Below are positions 1 through 8,318 of a stretch of 9,426 nt of DNA, piece by piece. The first letter of the stretch is position 1. Every line of letters starts with the position of its first letter. Position numbers and translations under genes: made by a program. The notes beneath the pieces are model-generated. The model was not told the DNA's origin, searched no databases, and worked only from the letters and a program-made list of their open reading frames with translations. The stretch is from Octopus sinensis (taxonomy: Eukaryota), in assembly GCF_006345805.1 (NCBI RefSeq), contig NW_021827958.1, positions 1 to 9,426 on the forward strand. Direction: 5' to 3'.

Positions 1-611
1 TAACACTAAACCAGCGTCGAGTGCTTTAAGACCCTACTCTACCATAAACAAAAGAAACAAAAGAATCAAAGAAATTTTTCATAGAAATATTGGTGCTGCC
101 CCGTAGTTATTGATATACATTCTTACAAAATTTCCACAGATCAATCAGACATCTTAATTACACTTAAGCGCTTTTTGCTAGTATTGATTTTAAGAGATTG
201 GGGACCTGGCAGCAGCGGACTAAATGACCAATTTGAATTGCAGCCAACTTAGTTCTATTCAGCAGGAAATCACATGATATCATCTATCTTTGAATTCTCT
301 GAAAATAATCACTCTTCAAGAAAAATAGTCAATAGTCTTCGACTCGGGGAAAAATACTTAATTCAGCATGGAATAAATAAATTATTCGAATTATTTAATG
401 ACAATTACTAATGAATACCAGTGAATTCCTTAATGAGAATCTATTTGTACTTTTGCTTGAAGTGAGTTTCAGTTTTACGGTCGTTATTTTATCATTAATG
501 TATTAATCTGATAAAAGAGATTGTCATTATCACAGTTTCAAGCTGGTTAAGGTTTCGTTCTTACTTTCAGCCTTGGGGTAATCATAGCCACAAAGTTTCT
601 TTACTCATTTA

Positions 612-702
612 CACTTTGTGAGTATGTGAGTGTATATTTGTGTGCATGTGTATGTTGTTTGTACATTTGTGTATATGTGTGTGTGTATGTGTAGATATGC
701 AA

Positions 703-776
<74 letters not shown>

Positions 777-862
777 CATGTTGTATGTATGTATGTATAT
801 ATATGTAATATCCTTTTATCTATATTAGACTTTTTATACTTTTCATTCATAGTTATATATAT
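612..862. repeat. Compound microsatellite (TG)/(TA)/(TATG) with (AT)n core at 705-767
   Basis: Directly visible. It explains ORFs 605..850, 630..866 and 640..828 (YI/CV runs). Confidence 0.95.
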
Positions 863-864
863 TT

Positions 865-884
865 AATAAATAAATAAATAAATA
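865..884. repeat. (AAAT)n microsatellite at the start of a very AT-rich block (~865-1170)
   Basis: TAAATAAATAAATAAAT directly visible. Confidence 0.85.
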
Positions 885-1593
885 ATGAATAAAAAAATAA
901 AAAGTAAAAATAAAAATATATATATATATAAATTTATAAATATAAATTAACAATTTGAAACTTTTAACTTTAATTTAATAATTTAAATTTTTAATTTTAT
1001 ATTTATATATTTTGTATATCATATTAATTAATTTTATTTTTTTGGTTTGGTTTATGTTTTTCACTGTTTGATTTGCCTAATAGTGGTTTTATCTCTAATT
1101 TGTATATAGTATATATATATATATTGTATATAATATATATATATATATTTATACATATAACATATATTATAATTTAATTGTGATAAAGACCTATAATCCT
1201 TTAAAGGGAAACCAGCATCCAAGTTCTCCGGTTTATACCAGTGTTCAGTGAAAACTAAATATATTAGTTTTGCATTGGTATATATAGGTTATTAATATAT
1301 TTATTAATAAGAAAAGGAAGAAAAGGAAGAAATTGACATGCCGCCATCGGTTTATTCAAAGATATTAAAATCCATATAATGAAATTCCTGTCCTACAGTC
1401 CAATTACAGAAATTAAATTAAATTAAATTAATTAATTTAAAATTTCATATGGAGAACTGGTTAAGTGGGTATTCCATCAGGGGAAAATTTTCCTGATAGG
1501 AGATACATTTCAACGTATTGGTTGACTTACGACAGACTCAGACGTGTGTGGTTTTGAATGTGTGCGTTGATTTAAAAAACTGTTATTTTCGTA

Positions 1594-1729
1594 TACTCTT
1601 TACTCTTTTACTCTTATACTCTTTTACTTGTTTCAGGCATTTGACTGCGGCCATGCTGGAGCACCGCCTTTAGTCGAGCAAATCGACCCCGGGACTTATT
1701 CTTTGTAAGCCCAGTACTTATTCTATCGG
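1594..1729 (-). mobile_element. 5'-truncated copy (3' end plus (GAGTAAAA)n-like tail) of the SINE family at 4443-4838
   Basis: The reverse complement shares an exact 33-nt block AAGGCGGTGCTCCAGCATGGCCGCAGTCAAATG with the 3' part of the 4443-4838 copy, plus TAGAATAAGT and CTGAAA-AAGTAAAAGA. The short tandem tail lies at 1594-1630, and homology stops at 1729. Confidence 0.9.
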
Positions 1730-2058
1730 GATAAGGTGAGGAATCACAAGAGAGATAACACATCACAACGAATATTTAGAGGGGTGAAGAGGAAATATTG
1801 AGAAAGAAATATAGTGAGAGATAGATTGATAGATCGATCGATCGACCGATGCATATATATATAGATATACAGAGAGACAGAGAGAGAGAGATAGTGTTAT
1901 CACGATAGTAACAAACAATATTTTTTTATTTAAAGCGTGAAAATTTTATGTCCATTGCTGTCAACACAATGCAACACAAATTTCAAAATTATGTGTATAT
2001 ACCTCTTTCACTGGTTTCCATGTATTACATTTAGCCATCTTTTTCATTGTTTGTGTGC

Positions 2059-2060
<2 letters not shown>

Positions 2061-2132
<72 letters not shown>
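2061..2132. repeat. (TG)36 microsatellite
   Basis: Pure dinucleotide run, directly visible. Confidence 0.98.
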
Positions 2133-2134
<2 letters not shown>

Positions 2135-2289
2135 TGTAATTACTTACTATTTTATATAAAACTTTCTCAAGAGGAGTAGTTACAATGGTTTCGAAGTTGA
2201 GGCCCGCCAGTTGTCGTCGGACTGTCCCATGATGGCCAGCAGGCCGTAACTTCAAATTTGCTGTCACCACTCTTCTTGTAAGTGTTTAA

Positions 2290-2383
2290 TAAACACACAC
2301 ACAATGCACTGCATCGCCCAGTTCAAGAAACGAAACCACGATTGCAAGATTGTGAATTCGACACTCTAACCACAAGGCTACGT
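2290..2383 (-). mobile_element. Degenerate tRNA-derived SINE head (probably a different family from 4443-4838)
   Basis: Minus strand reads CGTAGCCTTGTGGTTAGAGTGTCG...GTGGTTTCGTTTCTTG. This gives an A-box-like TAGCCTTGTGG and a B-box-like GGTTTCGTTTC at tRNA-like spacing. The 3' extent is uncertain. Confidence 0.55.
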
Positions 2384-2709
2384 AACTTCTACAATTTATG
2401 TAATACATAATCGAAATAGAAAACTAGAAAAATTCTATGCAAACTAGAGTTATAAAGAATTTCAGTTGATGTAAATATCTGTTGATAATATAGAGTGTGT
2501 GACAGGAAGTTGAGGCTTTCTACGGCTTCTTATTGGCTGTTTGACAGGCAATATCCCACTATCGTATCACATACAATGATATGCAGCTAATCCACGATAA
2601 GGTGGTTGGGAATTAATATCATTTTTAGATTTACACGTCTAACATTTACCGAGAAAAATGTTATCTTTTTTCAGTTAGTTGAACTTATGTAGGAGGGGTT
2701 AATAAAGGC

Positions 2710-2728
2710 GGGTGGGGTGGGTAGCGGG
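2710..2728 (+). other. Canonical G-quadruplex motif GGG-T-GGGG-T-GGG-TAGC-GGG
   Basis: Four runs of at least 3 G with loops of 1, 1 and 4 nt. Sequence motif only; folding not shown. Confidence 0.6.
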
Positions 2729-2729
2729 T

Positions 2730-2940
2730 AAGTGGTGATGGGTGGTGGTGGTGGTGGTAGTGGTGGTACCAGTTGGTGTTGGAGATGGTGTGAGTAGTAT
2801 TTGTGATATTGGTGGCTGCTGTGGTGGTGTGGAGATCGTTGTGGCAGGAGTTTTAGTGTCGAGGGGGTTGTGGCGGTGGTAGTAGTGGTATTGTTGTTGT
2901 TGGTGATGATGATACTGCTGTAGTAGTAGTAGTAGTAGTA

Positions 2941-2971
<31 letters not shown>

Positions 2972-3392
2972 TGTTGTTGCTGGTGGTGGTGGTAGCTGTG
3001 CCCGTGTTATTAAGACTGCTGTTTTTTTCTTGTTATAGAGATGAAGATGGCAATAGTGGCGTGGAACTAACAGTAGTGGTTGCAGTAGCGGTAGTCTTGT
3101 TACTGTTGTTGTTGTTATTGGTGGTGGTAGTTGTGGTGGTAGTGGTGGTGGTGGTGGTGGTGTTGGTGGTGGTGTTGGTGTTGGTGTTGGTGGTGGTGGT
3201 GTTGGTGGTAGTGGTGGTGTTGGTGGTGTTGGTGGTTGTGGTGGTAGTGGTGGTAGTGGTGGTGGTGGTGATGGTGTTAGTGGTGGTGTTGGTGGTGGTG
3301 TTGGTGGTGGTGTTGGTGGTGGTGTTGGTGGTGGTGGTGGTGGTGGTGTTGGTGGTGGTGATGGTGGTGGTGTTGGTGGTGGTGGTGGTTGT
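2730..3392 (+). repeat. Degenerate (GGT)/(GTT)/(TAG) trinucleotide block; (TAG)n at 2921-2970, (GGT)n-rich at ~3119-3392
   Basis: Directly visible. Source of the poly-V and poly-T ORFs 2971..3600 and 3033..3428. Confidence 0.95.
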
Positions 3393-3473
3393 GTTCGCGG
3401 TAGGGACGTTATGTAAAATCAATAACATAGTGTATTATTTTTCGCACTACAACTCTAACATTTTGCCATTCCA

Positions 3474-3985
3474 TACCACTACCACTACCACCACTACCAC
3501 CACTACCACAACAGCAACAGCGGCGACATTAACAGCAATAACAACAACAATAAAGAGAGTTGCCGTCATCACCGCCACTGCTGGTCAGTCACACCTATGA
3601 CCAATATCTTGGTCGCTGCTACCACCACCACCACCACCACCACCATCACCACACCACCACCACCACTACCACCACCACCGCTGGTCAGTTACACCGATCA
3701 GCATCTTCAGCAACATCATCACTACCACTCACCACCATGATCACTACGGCTATCAATGGTCACCGTAACCGCCGCCACTGCTTGCCGCCTTCCGGTCAAT
3801 CACACATACCGCCATTTTTCTTTTACATTTTCACCACCATTACCAACACCACCATCACAGCCACAAACAAGAACGACATCACTACCACCTCTACCCACCC
3901 TCTTCACCATCTTCACCGACATTATCATCACTACCATTACCTTCGCCGCCACCGCCACCACTACAACAACAACAACAACACCATG
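3474..3985 (+). repeat. Degenerate (CCA)/(CAA)/(CAT) trinucleotide block containing a ~100-bp-period cryptic repeat
   Basis: Directly visible. CTGGTCAGT(C/T)ACACC occurs at 3581 and 3681, and CCGCCACTGC at 3572 and 3772. Confidence 0.9.
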
Positions 3986-4374
3986 GTCACTGAGAGTCTG
4001 CTGCAAGGTGTTGAATTCTAAAAGCAAAGAAGCAAGGAAGATGAAAAGGAAGAAACGGGTGTTGGTGATGGTGTGGGGGTTAGATTGACACTTAACTCAG
4101 CGACTGACACGTGACGGAAGCCATTTTATTCGGTGTCCATCTAGTCCTAATGTCGTCCTTGAAGGCAAAAACAAACCACTTGATATTTATTTTCTCAAAC
4201 ACTGGCCAAAATTGATGACTATTTCTCTTTAATACCTTCTGAAATTGTTTATTTATATATTATGTTTATTATTGGTTGATTTGTTTATTGATCTACTTAA
4301 ACATTTGCGCAATACATACATACGTTGCACGTACGTACATACATATCTATCTATCTGCCTATCTAACTATGACT

Positions 4375-4405
4375 CTGTGTGTGTGTGTGTTTGTGTGTGT
4401 ATATG

Positions 4406-4441
<36 letters not shown>
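4375..4441. repeat. (TG)n/(TA)n compound microsatellite abutting the SINE 5' end
   Basis: Directly visible. Confidence 0.95.
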
Positions 4442-4442
<1 letters not shown>

Positions 4443-4444
<2 letters not shown>

Positions 4445-4838
4445 GCGCAGGTGCGGCTGTGTGGTAAGAAGCTTACCACATGGTTCCGGATTCAGTCCCC
4501 CTTCGTAGTATATTGGGAAAATGTCACCTGCTAAAGCCTCGGGCCAAACAAGGCCTTGTGAGTGCATTCGGTAGACAAAAATGAAAGACGCCCGTCGTAA
4601 ATGTACGCGCGCGCGTGTTTGTGTCTGTGTTTGTTGCCCCGTCACTGCTTGACAACCGGCGTTCGTGTGTTTGCATCTCCGTAACTTATCGTTTCGGCAA
4701 AAGAGACCGGTAGAATAAGTGCTACAATTTTTAAAAAATTGTTGGGGTACATTTCTTCGACTAAAACGCTCCAAGGCGGTGCTCCAGCATGGCCGCAGTC
4801 AAATGACTGAAAGAAGTAAAAGAATAAAGGAATAAAAG
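4443..4838 (+). mobile_element. Full-length tRNA-derived SINE (octopus-type): Pol III head, body with internal (CG)/(TG) tract, (GAATAAAA)-like tail
   Basis: A-box-like CGGCTGTGTGG (4454-4464) and B-box-like GGATTCAGTCCC (~4488-4499). The 3' end is homologous to the second copy at 1594-1729, and the tail GTAAAAGAATAAAGGAATAAAAG is tandem. Family and host are assigned from recollection of the octopus SINE consensus, not from a search. Confidence 0.88.
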
Positions 4839-4977
4839 TCTTCAGCTTTTTCCATTTGGCAAATGGTTAGAAAGGCACCAGCAGGCCACAAGAGACGCAT
4901 TCATGTCCATAGAACATGATTACCACTTTATTTTACTGAACCCTTATTTGTCGTTCACGACGAGAAAATCCTTCATT

Positions 4978-5090
4978 TATGTATGTATGTATGTATGTAT
5001 GTATGTATGTATGTATGTATGTATGTATGTATGTATGTATGTATGTATGTGTATGTATGTATGTATGTATGTATGTATATATGTATGTAT
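4978..5090. repeat. (TATG)n tetranucleotide microsatellite
   Basis: Directly visible. It explains ORF 4903..5118 (YVCM repeats). Confidence 0.97.
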
Positions 5091-5338
5091 TAAAATTAAA
5101 ATTAAAATTTTAATTTAGAAAAAAATTTAGGTTTTACTTTAATTTTTATACAACATAATATTACACGGTATTTTCTATACCTTGATTACAATTTTTTTCC
5201 CCTCTGAGCACTTAATGTTTTCCGAGATCCCAGTATAACGCCCTAAGTTTCATCGTGTACGTCCCTGTAACTGAAAATTATGACAAGAGTTAATGTCACC
5301 CCTACCCTACCACCGTACGAGAATTTACTGCTATCTAA

Positions 5339-5613
5339 TTGATCCCTTCTATAGTTTGTTTCTTTTTGTGGTGTGGGGTACTTATGACAGTAAGAAATTA
5401 AGGTATAGCAAGAAATAAGGATCAGGAGAAAGGCCTCGACTGGCTTACGGATAAAAACTCCCAGGCCGGATTCTAAGAGTGGCAGGAACGCTGGGACCGG
5501 TGTATTACTGCTGAAGGTGACAGTTTCGAAAGAGAAGACGTTAAAACTTAGGTAAATAAGTTATTTTATTATCAAACATAACTAGTCCTGGAACTTGTTG
5601 ATACCTCCGTGTA
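5339..5613 (+). mobile_element. Tc1/mariner remnant: transposase C-terminus, right TIR and TA target
   Basis: One frame reads LIPSIVCFFLW...GLDWL...GF*EWQERWDRCITAEGDSFEREDVKT* (FFLW 5360-5371; WQERW...FE 5480-5530; stop 5549-5551). This resembles the mariner C-terminal pattern DFFL...W..RW.KCI...G.YFE. CTAGTCCTGGAACTTGTTGATACCTCCGTG-TA (5582-5613) resembles a mariner TIR ending in TA. There are two internal stops, and no convincing left TIR. Confidence 0.62.
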
Positions 5614-5866
5614 TTTCTGGAATATTCGTTGTAAAGAAGGACGATCACGTGAAAAGTGCGTATGTTTCCAATAGAATGCCCGTTGAGTTACAGAAAACGG
5701 AAAAGTTAAAAGACAGAATACATATATAGTCTTTATTGACCTTTTAGGTCTCTCTCGTCGCTTTAACGAATGAGGACATAGTTGGACAGTGTTATCAGGT
5801 CTATATTTTGCGGTGTCGTGTGTTATGGGGATTCTGGGATCTAGCTTTCTGTCTCTCTTTCTCTTC

Positions 5867-5891
5867 ATATATATATATATATATATATATA

Positions 5892-5974
<83 letters not shown>
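5867..5974. repeat. (AT)n microsatellite with two interruptions
   Basis: Directly visible. Confidence 0.97.
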
Positions 5975-5976
<2 letters not shown>

Positions 5977-6060
5977 TATAAATAATATGCATATTAAATA
6001 GAAAAATAATATACTATAATAATATTATTTAAAAAATCAATACGTTAAATAAACATTAAA

Positions 6061-6162
6061 TTAACTACGCGCATTTCGTGACTATATCTTTAAATCGATA
6101 ATAATAAATACAATACTATTAAAATTAATTCGATTTAAAAATATAGCCACTCTTCAGGTCTA
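6061..6162 (-). ncRNA. Type I hammerhead ribozyme with extended stem II; predicted GUA cleavage between 6066 and 6065
   Basis: Minus strand reads UAGAC-CUGAAGA-[GUGGCUAUAUUUUUAAAUCGA / 31-nt loop / UCGAUUUAAAGAUAUAGUCAC]-GAAA-UGCGCG-UA^GUUAA. The core is complete. All 21 stem II positions pair, two as G.U wobbles that would be A.C mismatches on the plus strand. Stem III is minimal with a GCGC loop. Stem I is weak (GAC/GUU). Confidence 0.85.
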
Positions 6163-6284
6163 AAATAATATAATATAAGTATGTATCTAACAAATAACGG
6201 TATTGTAACAATAAATATTCGAATAAAATTTAACAATATTAATGAAAAAATAAAATAATAACTTAACTTATTGAAGAATGCCAG

Positions 6285-6348
6285 TTAACCTGAAGAATGG
6301 CTATGTTTTTAAATCAAATTTATTTTAAATCGAAATGCGCGTAGTCAA
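6285..6348 (+). ncRNA. Degenerate second hammerhead copy lacking the 3' arm of stem II
   Basis: UUAAC-CUGAAGA-AUGGCUAUGUUUUUAAAUC...-GAAAUGCGCGUA^GUCAA. The core is intact, but the GAUUUAAAGAUAUAGUCAC arm seen in copy 1 is absent. Confidence 0.7.
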
Positions 6349-6781
6349 TTTAATTTATTAATTTTTTTCCATATTTATTATAGTAAATTTAAATTTGTTC
6401 TATTTAATATGGATAATGTGTTTTACTATTGAATTGTTTAATAGAGGTTATTTCTCTTAATTATATGCATATATTATATATATATAGCAAACATTTAGAT
6501 TCAGATGAATATAGTACTTAAGTTCAGGCACTAGAATTTAGTACGGTATTATCCATACAATTTCAAAGTAAGGTGATTAAAATCAATTACCGGGTTTTAG
6601 TCCTGATTATAATAACCTAAATAAGTTAATTAACAATTTTTAGCTCATAATACTTAAATTGTTATATTTTTTCTATAAATACTTGCCATTGAAGTTAATA
6701 AGGTATGGATATTTTTTATGGTTTTTAGTAATTAGGCTGTTTTTATTCCTTTTCTATGATGCTCTACCCTAACTGCTCATT

Positions 6782-6822
6782 TTATTATTATTATTGTTAT
6801 TATTATTATTATTATTATTATT
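6782..6822. repeat. (TTA)n microsatellite
   Basis: Directly visible; one TTG interruption. Confidence 0.95.
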
Positions 6823-6947
6823 TTATAGTAGACTTAAATAAATCTAATCTTTGTACACCTATTAATTCGTACTCAGCTTATATAAGGTAAAACCTGTTGG
6901 CTAAAGGCCTCTCTAGAATATGGAGGAGGAAAGGATCCCGTTACCCA

Positions 6948-7033
6948 ATGTTAATGAAGGGGATTGTCTTCCCTTGGCTATCGATCACCGATGTCAACAA
7001 AGGAGATTGTATCCTTTTGGCTATCGATCACCG
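6948..7033. repeat. 43-bp tandem duplication spanning the PLE ORF stop codon
   Basis: 6948-6990 vs 6991-7033 match at 35/43 positions, and both end in TTGGCTATCGATCACCG. Confidence 0.9.
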
Positions 7034-8318
7034 GTGACCCTGTTTTCCAGTGTGTTCCAATAGGTTAGTAGGTATTTCCTGAAATGTAAGCACGGTCCGA
7101 AGACCTTCGTTCTGGAGTTCAGGATATTCCCTGAGTCGAAGGAGTCATTTAGAATCCTCGCTCGTTACGCTATACATAATTTACAGCGATTGGTTCCGTT
7201 AATGTAGGGGCCTGAATTTTCTAAGATTCTCCATCATATTATGTATGGAATCCCGTCATCTATCAACTGCCATACATGGCTGGCTTGTGACGTGACAAAT
7301 CTCCGTTCCGGTATCCTGAATGAGGACCTGTGGTTGGTGGGACGTTATTTGATTGTGTTTCTAGAACAGCCGATGTATCTTGGTGGTCGGGTGTTGGTGT
7401 GTCTGTTGGTGTTGCCGTCGCCATCGATGGAGGCGCTGTCATCACAGCTGTAGATGTCACTGGCGATGTCTCTACTGTTATTTCCGTTAGGGATACTGCC
7501 GTTGCTGTTGTCGCTGGCGATAGTACTGCTGCTGTTGCTGCTACTGGAATTGTCGAGCCTGCTGCTGTAGCCGTAGTCTTTAGGGAAGCTGCTGCTGCTG
7601 GTTCTGTTCCCGTTTTTGCTGCGGCTACTATTGGTACTGACGTCCCTGCTACTGTGGTCGCCCTTAAGGAAGCTGCTGATGTTGCTGCTGTTGTTAGGAT
7701 CGGCCAGTAACTCGGCTTCATAGACGACCCTCTTGGTTTCGCAATGGCTCCTCACTGGGCATCTGTTGCGGTCCCTGGATGACAATCCTGCCTCCGCTCG
7801 TGGTCTAGTGGTGCCAACTAGAATGCTCTTAATATTAAGGGCACAACTAAAAGAAACCCTAAGGTTGTGCCTGTTGAAAATGCATCCGTATCTATGTGAA
7901 CAATGAAATATTTATCTATTAACTTACGGAATGTCCTACCTACAGACATTTTTACGTTAAGAGAGGAGATGGAGTGATGTGGGGCGGGAACCAAATGATA
8001 TTTTTGTGACGCTGCTTTCTCCAGATGTTTGGGCCCGGCATGTAGGAGATGCGGTCCCTAAATCCGCTAGAAGTTAGGGCCTCGTTATATTAGGGGGCTG
8101 CTGTATCAAAAAACTCTTGGCTGGAAGAAAGGTTAGCGATCCTCTTTCTAACGCCCTTCACCAGGCTTTTGAACACGATGGACGGGTGACAGAAGGCTGT
8201 GTTGATGTACGTTATCCTCTCCTTTGGCTTGCCGTAGGGCCTGTATGTACCGGGTCCCAAGTCGAGCCCGACGTCTAAGAAGTCCGCGGTGGTGAGGTTG
8301 GTCCAGATGGTTATAAAC

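Larger units (their letters stand above)
5984..6417. repeat. Diverged inverted repeat (arms ~5984-6160 and ~6287-6417), probably PLE pseudo-LTR fragments
   Basis: Exact inverted blocks in colinear order: 6151-6158/6289-6296, 6064-6078/6331-6345 (15 bp), 6012-6022/6375-6385 (11 bp) and 5990-6003/6398-6411 (14 bp). The pseudo-LTR identity is inferred. Confidence 0.85.

Noticed and set aside
298-322. TTGAAGAGTGATTATTTT on the minus strand, resembling the start of the hammerhead (CTGAAGAGTGGCTATATTTT)
   Set aside because: It lacks C3, a stem II partner and a downstream GAAA core. A short AT-rich match is expected by chance.
551-571. CTGAAAG...CGAAAC on the minus strand, hammerhead-like
   Set aside because: The core is CUGAAAG rather than CUGANGA, and there are no supporting stems.
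605-866. YI/CV-repeat ORFs here and at 1937-2270, 4245-4508, 4903-5118, 5789-6001 and 8497-9121
   Set aside because: Microsatellite translation artefacts.
1474-1500. Palindrome GGAAAATTTTCC with flanking ATCAG/CTGAT
   Set aside because: An isolated 12-bp palindrome with no second copy or element boundary. The nearby CTGATAG and CTGATGG do not fit a hammerhead core.
3572-3805. CRISPR-like repeat-spacer array
   Set aside because: Only 2-3 degenerate short motifs with triplet-repeat spacers, in a eukaryotic context with no cas genes.
2971-4088. Long ORFs (209, 131, 153, 110 and 75 aa) resembling mucins, membrane proteins or His-rich proteins
   Set aside because: They are translations of GGT/CCA triplet repeats, which lack stops in several frames, and there is no domain or splice evidence.
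4445-4505. tRNA gene
   Set aside because: A and B boxes are present, but there is no complete cloverleaf, and the sequence continues into a SINE body.
4367-4774. 135-aa minus-strand ORF
   Set aside because: It is antisense to the SINE and runs into (TA)n, with no protein features.
5572-5868. 98-aa minus-strand ORF
   Set aside because: It starts in a microsatellite edge, ends across the mariner TIR and has no recognisable motif.
7241-7721. Alternative ORFs 7263..7721 (-), 7330..7710 (+) and 7241..7453 (+)
   Set aside because: They are shadow frames of the low-complexity insert and the PLE ORF. Only the 7785 frame carries conserved motifs.
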